From Octopus bimaculoides (taxonomy: Eukaryota), in assembly GCF_001194135.2 (NCBI RefSeq), contig NC_068982.1:86486646-86519735 (forward strand): DNA of 33,090 nt. Direction: 5' to 3'. Below the pieces are notes generated by a model. That model worked only from the letters and a program-made list of their open reading frames with translations. It had not been told where the DNA came from and did not search any database. A program made the translations under genes and the position numbers. Shown one piece after another: positions 10,656 through 21,746 of the stretch (position 1 is its first letter; every line of letters begins with the position of its first letter).

Positions 10656-11691
10656 ATATGACTTCCCTGTATTGCTGTGAAATAATGTGGAATACAAAAA
10701 GTTTTGGAAAAATGGGGAAGGGGGATTGAAATTTGGATATGCTGTTTTTTTGTTTATTTTCCTTTGGCAAAATTGTAATCTCCATTGTCAAATGCAAGAA
10801 AACAAATGTGGGGTGTGCATGTTCAACATCTCAGATTTGGCTGTAATTTCTTGCTTGTGGAGAGACCACATCAAGCCCATTTCATGCACTAGTTGGAAAT
10901 CACTCAAGCAAGTGAAAATGAGCAAACAAGTTTCAGAGCATTCAGAATATTGGCATGAATGTAATTGAAATTTTAGAAAAATTCTTTTTTCCGAAATATA
11001 ATTGCATGTTTAGACTTAAATACTCAGAAATCAGCTCCAGGCATAAGTCTCTAATGATTGGTCATGTGACTTGTCATGTGACACAGAAATCCTTTTGGAT
11101 TGGTCTAGTGTTATGTGGGCTGTGAAGTGCACATCCAATTGTGTTACAAAATAGACCACCAGATGCAACAAATTAAAAATGTTAGCCTCATTTTGTCAAT
11201 AAATAATATGAGACTTTTCATTTTCACTATGAAGTGAGAGAGAGCATGGAGACTCTGTTTTCAGGAAGCCATGTCACATTATTTTTGTTCCTGTTGAAGC
11301 ATGTGTAACCAAGTTTGACTGAGTTGAAAAACCATCTATGAATGATTTTCTACAGTTCACATTTTTTTTGTGATACATTTATCACAAAAAGTGTAATTTT
11401 ATTTAGTTGAAGAATAAAGTGCCACTGTTAATTGAAAGCTTGTTTTTTGGTATTATTTCCATCATTTTATATGCAACTCATGAGAAGCAAGATTTGTATT
11501 AAAAGGCCCAGGGAAATGACCTTCCAGGTAAATAATTTTTGTAATTTTCTACATAGAAGTTTAAAAAAATTTGTTTGAAAAGAAGTGGGAAATGAAAATA
11601 TAGTGGGGTTGTTTGCAATTTAAATTTTGATATTTTGGCATAATCATAACCTATTGTTGAAAATGTCAGATTCCATAGAAAATTTTTTTAG

Positions 11692-11754
11692 TAAATCAAA
11701 AGTTATGGAGTGCATATGCTACACCTCCTCCAACACAAGTTTATATTCATGAAG
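11692..11754 (+). CDS. Candidate internal exon (NQKLWSAYATPPPTQVYIHE), product unknown
   Basis: TTTTTTTAG acceptor and an open 63-nt phase1-phase1 frame with a weak GTTGTT donor. It is in phase with an upstream GTAAAT donor at 11528. Confidence 0.3.
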
Positions 11755-12182
11755 GTTGTTTTTAATGTAGATGTCTTTAATTTACATAACACTAACTGGA
11801 TCTGCTTCTAGTTTTGTCATTTTAGACATGGTGTAGTTTAAGGAAAATTTAGCTGCTATTTCTTGCCTATTGAGACATCACGTAAAGGTTTCGTGTGTGC
11901 AATTCCCACGGGGCCAAACAATCATGATTTCTGGTCTGTCTCATGATGGAGCCTTCCAATTGGCTAAAATCACATAATTTTAAATACTTGTAGCTTCTTT
12001 ATTATTAATTTCTGGAAAGAGATGAATGCAATTTTCATGCATGCAAAGCTACATCACAACTATATTTTTTGAAAATTATCTGGTGAAAATTTGATAAGAA
12101 AGAAATTTAATAAGGACTGTTATTTGTAGTAGGTTGGGTAACCAAATAAAAAATTCCCACATTATGTATGTTGGCAGTCGAT

Positions 12183-12494
12183 GTAGATAGTTCTAAAATC
12201 ACTATAAAAAATGCAAGTAGTAACTCTACTGAAAAGTTAGGTTTGTTGCCACTTCAACAATGGCTGAACGACATTACTACTCTTTTTTAACCCCAGGAGA
12301 ACACTTCCTCCAGCTGGTTAACAATACAACCATGTTGAAGTGGCAACTGACATTACTTTTCAGTAGAGGTACTACTTGTATCCCTAATGGAGATTTTAGA
12401 ACCAGCTACTTTGCATGTTGCAAAATCAGCGACTGAATGTTGCTTATTTTTATATATTGAGCAACGGGGTGAATGACTGCAATCTCTACCAGAC
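12183..12494 (+). mobile_element. Left part of hammerhead-bearing fold-back repeat, copy A (interrupted by the retrotransposon)
   Basis: 12242-12331 is the inverted complement of 19150-19247; 12425-12494 aligns with 20320-20392 of the empty copy. Confidence 0.8.
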
Positions 12495-12519
12495 TCGGTT
12501 TTTGTTGTTTTTTGAAGAT

Positions 12520-13459
12520 AATGTTTTTTATAAGAGGAAGAAGTTATGGATCTATAGTAGTAACCTTTCTTTCAGAAGAGGAGGCGAAAAAATCCGGCAA
12601 CACGATGTTACATGGAGAGAAATGGACGTTGATGTCGAACTGTTGGGGCAAAAGAATCGTCAGTGTCAGAGTGGGAAGAATCTCGCCGTCGATAGACCCA
12701 AAATGGGTAATAGCCACAACTTTTAATTCTGAGCTGAGGAAGAATGGAGAAAACCTGAAGATTGGCATAGTAAGCAGAACACAACAATTGAATTGATGGG
12801 GTTATGGCATGGAAATAATCTGTGCAATAAGCCCAAAATATTACGATGAAATGGCGGAAACCTTGGAATTACCAAATGGTGAAAAATAGGAAATAATGTT
12901 GGAGGGGAGATCCCCGAAATGTTACGGATGTGGTGAAAGAGGGCACCTGAGAAGGAAATGCCCTAGAGGAGCAGTAGAAATGGTGGAAGAGAGTACTCAA
13001 GAAGATATAGTGGTAGAGAATAAGCAGAAACAAAAAATAGAATATGATGGGAATGTTGCGGAGGTAAAATCCAGGAAACGAGAGAGAAGAAAGTCACCGA
13101 CGACAGTGGACTTGAAGAAGAGTAAAGGAATGGAGGAAGAAACCCAACCCACGACGAGAAGCGAAGAAAATTTACCGGTGGAAGTACCAGCAAAAGAATC
13201 AAAAGGACATTCAGACCAGAAACAAGACAACCCAGAATTACGGAAACCTAAAAACATAGACACAGAGAAGAAACACGTAGAGTTACAGTCAAACGAACAC
13301 ACAGACACACAAATACAAGAACACACAAAACAGCAGGTAAATAGAAACAAAAAGAGACAACATGAAAAACACAAACAAAAAGAAAATTATAGTGAGATGG
13401 GACACCCCAACGTAAAAGATTGTAAAAGTGAAAGACATTGTGAGAGAGAGAAGAGGTAA
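12520..13459 (+). pseudogene. ORF1/gag-like protein copy 1 (5'-truncated, with in-frame stops)
   Basis: RRM-like region IRGRSYGSIVVTFLSEEEAKK..., then zinc knuckle CYGCGERGHLRRKC and a charged low-complexity tail. Confidence 0.8.
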
Positions 13460-14168
13460 GTCGAAATAATTTTGTAAAGACTTGTAACGTTGGAAAATAT
13501 TTATTTGAACTTTTAGGGAAAAACAAGTAAAGGTTGAATGAACAGGTTTCCAAAATGTTTTTAAAAAAACCAGCAAAGGAATTTAAAGTACAAAGTCATC
13601 GAAAAAAAAAAGTAAATTTCGAAACTGCTGAATGAACAGATTTTCTAAAGTTTTTTTGTTAAATATTGTAATAAACATTTGGGTGACTTTTAGTTTAAAA
13701 AGAAAAGAAATCTGTAAGTCTTGTATGAACATTTGTTTTAAAGGTTTATAAATGTAGGGTAAAAGCGAAGAGGGAAGTCGCGGTTTCGCCTCGGAGCGAG
13801 GTTAGAAGTTATGTAAAGGTTTAAGGAAAAGGAATCCATGGTTTCATCTCGCAGCGGGAGCGAGATGGCCGTTTCATTTGCATTGTAACAATTTGCTACC
13901 AAACATTATGTGAGTTCATTCCCGTCTGTTTTGTATGTCATTTTTGTGCTATATTTTGAATACTTGTTTTTTGAACTGTTGTACGTCAAAAAACAGTAAT
14001 TTTCACCCTACAGGGCAGAAAATTCCGTTGAATTTTGTTGGATTACTGTTTTGAAAAAAAACAAAAAAAAAAAACAATTTATTATCGAACTGTTTGTTAT
14101 ACCTGTTACTGGGTTAATTTTTGTGAATTTGTCATTTGTGACAAAGATTTAAAAATAAAGTTTTTGTG

Positions 14169-15569
14169 ATGGAATTCAACATTGCATCCCGAAAGGATAT
14201 ACCTGCCATGGGAAAAGGATTAACAAGTAATAATGAGGAAACACAGGAAAAATGAAGTTTTTCAGCTGCAATGGGTGGTGACATAACTGAGTTAGAAGTT
14301 AAAATGGAACAACTGTTTAAGTTCCGAAATTTAATTAAAAAAGAGGCGGCAACAGTTTAGTGTTGCCACCTCCTGAAACGGTACAAGCAATTAATGCTAG
14401 AACCATGATATATAAAATCTACAACTTGAAGGAAAAGCGAATTATGGAAGCCAAGAACAAAGTGGTAGAGAGGTGCATGGCACCAATATGGAATCAGGTA
14501 TGCTACGTTAGCTGTGGAACGCGAAGTGTGACTGTTGAAGCACAGTTCCAAATGGTTAACGTAGCCAAGGTGTCAACAAAGACACTAAAGAATGAGGAGA
14601 TAATGCTGCTACCCACATACTTGGGATGCAGAACTGCAAAAATTATGGTTGAAGAAATCTCAACAGGATATGAAGTTATGTGGGTAGCAGCGGCTGTAAT
14701 TTACGACGTAGAGGAGGAGGTGTCAATCTTACACATGGAAAAGAAAGATGCAATAAACTGGAAAGGCCAGACACTAGAAATAGTAGTCCAAGCTGTGAAT
14801 GAAACCCTAGAAAATTTACTCGATAGGGTATTTGTAGGGGAGGGGCTATCAATGCAAGTAGCCATGGAGGGACATAGGCTCCGGTGCTTCAAGTGTGGAG
14901 AAAAAGGCCACGTTCGCTCCAAGTGCACTAAAAAGAAAAAAGAGAATGAAGCCCCACCCCAAAAAGCTGCAAAGGAGGTGAAAGAAAAAACAGACAAACC
15001 GGAAAACACTTCAGAGAAGAAGGAAAGAAAAGTAGCTGAGAAGAAAGGCACGACTGAAGAAATGGATTTTACCACAGTCACACATAAACGAAAAAGGCAC
15101 ATGTCCCTGACTCCCCTCTCCAATCAAAAAAATCAACAAAGCATGCAGCAGACACATACAACCAAACTCCCCAACTCAACCCCATGGTAAAATCTTTTAT
15201 CATCCCCCCCCACAAAAAAAACCCACACAATAAACAGTGGCCTTTAGAGAGAAAAATGAAGTGTTGTCTAAAATAATTAGATCACACCATAAGGCACATG
15301 TGTACAAAATATTGAAAGACACACTGACAGGCATTAGATTTGCAGTAATGGACGAAAGCCTATTGACAGACCTGAAAACGCATTACCTGGTCAATATACG
15401 AGATGTCAGCACTGAAGTGGCAGAGGGAAAATTAATTGTAAGTTCGACAGCCATGCCAACAAATAGCCTAGTGGCTACAGCAATGAAAAGCCCAGTGGCT
15501 ACACCAGTAAAAGAAAAGGATTGGGAGGCAGGCGAATTTGTGCAGCCCCTCCCCAAACTTAAATTGTAA
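14169..15569 (+). pseudogene. ORF1/gag-like protein copy 2 (stops and frameshifts)
   Basis: ATG at 14169, an N-terminal (R)SFSAAM motif, zinc knuckle CFKCGEKGHVRSKC, a K/E-rich tail, and a stop 26 nt before the ORF2 ATG. Confidence 0.85.
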
Positions 15570-15595
15570 GTAATTCCTTTCTATAAAATTTCATC

Positions 15596-18500
15596 ATGTC
15601 AATTAAGCTACGGTGCATAAATGTGCATAGGCTGGGGTCGAAATGGAAACAAGCTTATTTCCTAAATGACCTCAGGTCATGAGATATAGATGTGGCCATT
15701 GTAACTGAGTGCAAGATGAGTGAACCACAAGCATTCTTACCTCTTCTGAATGGCTATGAGAAATTTATTTCTCCTATCCGACAAGGAGGAGGGGGTGTGG
15801 TGGTCCTACTCAGGAAGACTTACAGCTAAGTACAGTCTTTCTGGACCCAGAAGGTTGGTAGCTGTCTATGCTCCTAAGGAGTGTAGGCAGTCTGGTTTTT
15901 ATTGAGATCTAGACCACTTTCTAGTGATGTCAAAAACGGTAATTCTGTTAGGAGACTTTAACACTATCCTCGGTGTATGGGCGGATAGTGTTGGCTCGAC
16001 TGAAAGGAGGGGAAATCCTGGCTTCAAGGGTCTATTAGAAAGCTATAATCTAGTAAACCGTAGCAGACTGGATGAGCCGAGTATTCCACAGTGGACGTGG
16101 AGTAATAATGACTGCTCACGCAGATCTTATAATATAGATACAGTATTTGTTAGAGATAGAGATAAGGATCCTTTTAGTTGTCCACAATTTTGCATTACCC
16201 CTTACACGGATCATAAATTCATGACGTGTGAGGTACATGTAGATAAATGTCATAGACAAGGACCCAAGTACTGGAAGATGAACAAATCTATTTTGACTTG
16301 TGAAGCCTTCAGTGCCTGGATTAAGGATTTAGTACAACGCCATCATTAATAATAGATGGTGGCACGCCCTCAAGAGAGCCATTCGTTTAGAGTCTATTAG
16401 ATTTAGCAATCAGCTAAGTTTAGATAGATCTAGAATAGAAAGGGAAGTAGTTAAGAATTTAGACAAGGCTATGGAATCTGGTTCTGCAGCTGGAGTGCTG
16501 GTGGCGAGAATGGTCTTGTACTGTCACCTCAAAGCCAAACACGAAGGCTGCAGAGGCCGAGAAGGTATTAACGTTGCTGGATGGGCCCGTCATGTGGAGT
16601 GTCAGAAGGAGCACTGACAAACAGGGGCACAAGATCTATGGACAGGATGAGATGCAAAAGGCCTTTCACCTTTCAAAGGCCTTTCAGAGCAACACGCTAG
16701 AGCATGGGGAGTCCCTAAAGGGTTTCCTTGCCGGTGGGCCGCGACTCTCAGCACGATTACACCTGCGGAGGTCAAAGAGGTGTTGGCTGAGTGCACTGGG
16801 GACAAGTTGCCAGGGCCGGATGGGCTACCCTATGATTTTTATCGTAGCATGCCAGACTTGTTTGGGGACCTGCTGGCAAGTGTCTACACAAACTGGCAAC
16901 AGAATGGGAGGATCCCCAGCTCTGTGAGTCGGGGAGTGGTGATGCTGATCCAGAAGGACCTGAGCAAGGGGTACATTATAAGTAACTACAGGCCCATAAC
17001 TCTACTCAATGTAGAGTTAAAGATTTTGGCCAAGGTGTTAGCAAAAAGGTTGACACGTGTCATGGAGAAACTTGTTGGGAAGGTGCAGACATGCGCCATT
17101 CCAAGCAGGTTGATCCAGGATAATCTTCACCTTATACGCTACACCCTAGACGAGTTGGGTAAATTAACCAGCATAGGTGGGGTACTGGTCCATTTAGACC
17201 AAAGTAAAGTGTTCGATAGGGTAGACCACCAGTACTTGGCGGCGGCCCTTGAAGCGGCTGGGCTGGGCCCAGAATTCCACAGGTGGATCTACGCAATGTA
17301 TAGTGGCATCAAATCCAACATTCAGATAAACAGCTACCTGTTGGAGCTGTTTTCGATCAAGCACTCAGTTTGTCAAGGGTGTCCTCTGTCTCTGCTCCTG
17401 TACATGTTGGCTCTTGAGTCATTATTGTGGTAGTTGGAGAATTTGAGGTGCACTCCCAATGAAATCGGATGCAGTAAGTTGGTCCCTGCTTATGTAGATG
17501 ATGTCACCATCATTGTGTCCAATGACGCTCAGCTACCTTGTGTAGAGAACGCTATCAAAGGATATAAGGCGGAGGCAGGGACAAAAGTTAACAAGGACAA
17601 GTCTATTGGCTTGTGCCTCGGCACCTGGAGGAGCAAGTTGATATTGTCCAGTGTTGTGGGTCACTGGACAGATGGTCCTGTCAAGTTGCTTGGAGTTGGG
17701 TTTGGACCGGACTCCCAGGCAGAGAAGAATTGGAGCGAGGTGGCAGACAGGGTTGAAGCCCTAGTCTGGACTTGGGCTCTGTCCCTGAAAGGAAGAGCAG
17801 AGGTGGTACGGGTGTTTATTGCATCTGTAATCACCTACCACCTAACCATTGTCTCTTGCCCTGACTCATGGCTAAACAAGCTGGAGACTTCCTTTTCTGC
17901 TTATTGTAGAAAGGAGGAAAGCCACTTGCGAGGCGCTCCGTCTGCTGCCAGGAACTGCTAAAGTGTGGGTTAGGGATGCCCTGGCTAATGATTTGCAGAC
18001 ATGTATTGAGGCTGAGATAACTCTGGTGCTACCTGGAGGGTGACAAGGAATTCTTTCTGCGACCAGCCTCTTTGGAAAGATTCAAACCAGGTTTTATTAA
18101 AAGACATAATCTGACAGATCGGCAAAAGGAGTGTCAACAGGCACTCATGCTTATCCACAAGACAGGTAAGGCAGGCAGTGGGAATACCACCTCAGTTTGG
18201 TACAAAGGGTTGGTAGAGAGTAAAAACGATGATGCCTAGGAGGGGCGCTGGGGTTCGATGAGAACCAACTTACCAACTTGTTTCAAAAAACTTTCAGGCC
18301 AGGGTATTTGGATAATTACCAAAAATCCCTGACCTGGTAGGTAGTGTTATAGGAATGTGTTACCTGTTGGCGAGAAGTTATCTAGGCATGGAATGTCAGT
18401 GCCACTGACATGTCCAAGATGTTGGCTGGATGAAGAAACCGTCCAGCATGCTTTTGTACAATGTTGGGAGTTGTCAAGCTTGATAATTTACGTAGAACAC

Positions 18501-18749
18501 ATGTTGTCGCATCTGGGGAGAGTACGGCTATCAGCTGAGTCTATAATAAAGATTGTACTGCCAACTGGACTCTCAAAGGAAGGTGGCGCATGTTTTCTCT
18601 GTACAGTTGCAGTGTTGAAAGAGTGTGTATGGAGGATTAGAATGCAAGGATTCATGATGGGATCCTTCATCTCCAGCCCTGGTTTGCTACTTTACTTCAG
18701 GTACCATCTGAAAAGCAAGATAGGGCTGGAGAGGAGAATCCTGTCATGA
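15596..18749 (+). pseudogene. ORF2: APE endonuclease, reverse transcriptase and CCHC, with multiple disablements
   Basis: MSIKLRCINVH..VAIVTE (EN), ILLGDFN, TWS, IDTVFV, YTDH; KLPGPDGLPYDFY, NYRPITLLNVELKILAKVLAKRL, QGCPLS, AYVDDVT; TCPRCWLDEETVQHAFVQC. This is an L1/Tx1-type motif set. Confidence 0.92.
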
Positions 18750-19023
18750 AGTGTGTTCGAGAAATGATGGAAGGCTGTGATGAGAAAGGTGGGTGTTAGT
18801 AACCCGAATTAATCAACACTGGAAAAATAAAGGATAGCCTTTCAGGCTGCCGGATGTATCCCCCTCTTTGAAATAAAAAAAGTCAACATATATTGTATAT
18901 AAATATTTTATCATCAATTTTTTAAATGTAAGGCACATTCATACTCATAATATTTTTGTTTTGTTTGTATTATCCTGTTATGTCCCTTCTGTATTTGATA
19001 CATATTATCGTAATAAAAAATTC

Positions 19024-19247
19024 ATCTCTAGCAGACAGGCATCCAGTACTGAGGAAGGGCAAATACCCTGAAACCAGGCTGGTTTACTGGTCCTGTTAAC
19101 TTGCTAGATGGTAGGGGTTTGCTCCTCTGCTCACAATGTATTGGACACAGGTTGTGTCATTAACCAGCTGGAGGAGGTGTTCTCCTGGGGTTAAAAAAGA
19201 GTAGTAACATCATTCCATATGGAACAGCCTTGCTGAAGTGAAATGAC
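19024..19247 (+). mobile_element. Right part of hammerhead-bearing fold-back repeat, copy A (Penelope pLTR/retrozyme-like)
   Basis: Collinear with 20380-20600 and contains the hammerhead; 19150-19247 is the inverted complement of 12242-12331. Confidence 0.8.
19043..19090 (+). ncRNA. Minimal type I hammerhead ribozyme with an intact core
   Basis: CCAGTA-CTGAGGA-AGGG(caaata)CCCT-GAAA-CCA(ggc)TGGT-T-TACTGG: stem I 6 bp, CUGANGA core, stem II 4 bp, GAAA, short near-palindromic stem III, GUU triplet. Predicted cut after 19084. Confidence 0.8.
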
Positions 19248-19559
19248 TTTTATAATACAGGAATTTCCCATGTTACAGGGGCTAGGTATTTCTGCAAATC
19301 TTACAATGTGAAATTCTATTGTATACATAAAAACATTTAAAGAGAAATGCATTAAGGAATAAGAATTATAATAGAGAATATTGAGGGATGGTGATGGATG
19401 GAATGAGAGTTACTAGAAGGATGAGTGACACTATCTTCCATCTTAGAGTTCATAACCAACATCTGTTGGTTCAAAATTGTTGTTTGTGGTGTTTCATTTC
19501 TTTATAGTACAGTGTAGGAACTGAGCTCATTGTAAACTTCTTTTGTAATTTTTATCTTA

Positions 19560-20190
19560 CATTCATTATTATGACGGCAGACCGTTCTTTGTAAGCGGAA
19601 ATCCTACATCACTAACCTATACAATTTAAGTAGATGTGTTGGGGAGATTTCCGTAACTTCAACTTGCTCTTGTTCTAACAACATCAGTTCCTGATTAGAT
19701 AAATTTTCTCTGTGGGTCACTACTAACTCAGCCACATTGTCCTCAGTGACTTCATTTGCAGGTGTCACAATATCTTAATGAATTTGATTTAGCCTTTCTG
19801 CTCATGGAAAACTTGTAAAGTCATGGATATAATCTGGCCAAATGCTTTTCTAAGTGCCATTCAAAGTTGAGGGTTTCAATTCATCTCATCAGTTGGCTAT
19901 TATCCGCAATCTATTATGTTGGACTTATTCCAGGTCTCTAATTGCAGATTTATCCTCCTAGTCAATTGCTTTAATAAGTTGTTAGGAAGTTTTGAGATAT
20001 GTCTTGAAATTGCTATCACACTTTGATCCATTGATGAGAGCAACGCTGTTGTATTCTTGGGAATATATTCTCCTCTCACATTATCAGAAAGTTCATTTCA
20101 ATTCACTAAATGTTTTGCTGCATTATCTAAAAGGAGAAATGCTTTGTTGGAAATATATCTGGCATTGCACTTTTCAATAGCAAGACAATA
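19560..20190 (+). pseudogene. Highly decayed CR1/Jockey-like RT fragment
   Basis: Only remnant motifs: FDLAF..HGKLVK (cf. FDFAKAFDSVSH.KL), a PGS remnant (cf. PQGS), and HFNSLNV/KRRN (cf. LQFNxxKC...GRxN). Confidence 0.45.
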
Positions 20191-20237
20191 AATAAATGCT
20201 TTTAAACCATTCTTTGAAAAGGCTCTTCATAATAATA

Positions 20238-20660
20238 TTTGTTGCCACTTCAACATGGCTGTTCCATATGAACCAATGTTACTACATTTTTAACCCCAAG
20301 AGGAAGCTTCCTCTAGCAAGATTAGCGACTGATTATCACTTATTTTTCTATATATTGCAATCTGGAATGTATTACTGCTATCTCTAGCAGACAGGTGTCC
20401 AGCACTAAGGATGGGCAAAAACAGCCTGAAACTGGACGATCTGCTAGTCCTGTCAAACCGCTAGAAGATAGAAGAGGTTTGCTCTCCTGCTTGCAACATA
20501 TATCAGGTGCAGATTGCATCGATAAACAACTAGAGGAAGCTTCCTCTTGGGTTAAAAATGATAGTAATGCCAGTTTGTATGGAACAGCCATGTTAAGGCG
20601 GCAACAAACTTTAATTCTCAGTATAATTACTACTTTCATCTCTTATGGAAATTTTCTAAG
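20238..20660 (+). mobile_element. Uninterrupted copy B of the hammerhead-bearing fold-back repeat
   Basis: Inverted arms 20238-20316 / 20530-20608 (about 80 bp); the empty insertion site atctctagcagac at 20380-20392; 20609-20660 resembles 12348-12400. Confidence 0.8.
20399..20447 (+). ncRNA. Degenerate hammerhead ribozyme (probably inactive)
   Basis: CCAGCA-CTAAGGA-tgggc(aaaaaca)gcct-GAAA-CTGGACGAT-C-TGCTAG; homologous to 19043-19090 but the core G5 is changed to A and stems II and III are mismatched. Confidence 0.7.
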
Positions 20661-20749
20661 CTCGTAGTAATCTTACTTGGAAACAAGTGAAAGTCAGAAC
20701 CAGGAAGGACATACAACAATAGAAAATTGTCTTGTCTCACTGAAGTCTC

Positions 20750-20812
20750 GTCTGATCCATGCAAGCATGGAAACATAGACTTTAAAACTATGATGATGAT
20801 GATAAAGATGAT
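20750..20812 (+). repeat. RTE-type 3' tail with (TGA)n end
   Basis: atccatgcaagcatggaaacatagactttaaa..tgatgatgatg resembles the complement of 24323-24375. Confidence 0.55.
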
Positions 20813-21469
20813 AGAGACTTCACATGTTAACTCAAATCTCTTGACTTCTGACTATCGCAATTTCTAATATTAGAGCTCTCCAATTCATTATTTCGATGAT
20901 TAACAAAAATTTTAAGCTCATTCATTAAGATGGGCTTAAAATCTTGAGATTCAGTTGTAACTGAACTCATATGTTTATCTTCAATATTTTCAAGATAGAC
21001 CAAATTCATACAATGAAAGCTTTTAACTTGGGTTTTCAGCTCAATGATAGTGAATGGAAACAACAACTGTTAAAACTCATCCTGGATCCACTCCAGGCAT
21101 AAATGGAAGTACTTAATACCAATGACATTCCTTAAGTTCTGTCTTCATGATGAGAAAAAAAATCAAACTTATACAATACCCAAGTTTAGAAATCATTAAG
21201 TTCCATTGTGCATAACTTCAGGCTGTGAAACATCATAGTATGATAATGTGTAACAGTATAATAAAGCACACATTTATGCAAAATATTTTTGTGTGTATAT
21301 CCAATCAAATTATAAATTCTATAGTATCAAGGATCAGCTTCAAATACCAAAAGTCATTAAATTAACAATAAACATTCAATTAAATGTAATGTAACTGATC
21401 TTGGAGATCTGCTAGATCATGTAACATAAGCTGGTTAGTGGTAACTGCTGAAACTATAATACAATTTAG

Positions 21470-21745
21470 CTATTGTTAATCCAGCTACTGATATCCTGGA
21501 TCCACTGCTAAATCTGATATAATTTCCAGTTTGGCATGCTGAACTGCTACTAATATTTTGATGGTGTTTGTTGCAGCATCTGCTTTTGGTGCTAACCCAT
21601 GGATATTGGCAAGCTATTCCAACTTGTTTTCTTGCATTTATGATAAACCTGCTCAAGAGTGGTGTACTAGCAGAATCATTAAACTGTCAAGGAAAGACAT
21701 TGCAACATTTGTTCCAAACTTTTACATTCTCATTTCAAATCTCAC
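21470..21745 (+). pseudogene. Possible decayed LINE RT fragment
   Basis: NLFSCIYDKPAQEWCTSRIIKLSRKD resembles the PxxWxxSxIxPxPKKGD motif; weak. Confidence 0.35.
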
Positions 21746-21746
21746 T

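Larger units (their letters stand above)
12495..19023 (+). mobile_element. L1/Tx1-like non-LTR retrotransposon insertion with two ORF1-like regions and one ORF2
   Basis: 13-bp TSD atctctaccagac (12482-12494) / atctctagcagac (19024-19036); AATAAAAAA tail at 19012-19020; gag knuckles, APE endonuclease, RT and a C-terminal CCHC motif. Confidence 0.9.

Noticed and set aside
10687-10968. 93-aa ORF with a DLAVISCLWRDHIK segment
   Set aside because: The ttggctg(t/c)(a/t)atttct motif recurs at about 10078 and 11850 and looks like a dispersed repeat. This also weakens the exon call downstream of 11850.
19878-19904. Minus-strand CTGATGA...GAAA
   Set aside because: No stable stem II and no adjacent closing stems; it lies in a decayed LINE.
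20827-21066. 79-aa minus-strand ORF with a ttttaacag acceptor
   Set aside because: No recognisable motif, and both strands give similar stop-poor frames; it cannot be supported as coding.
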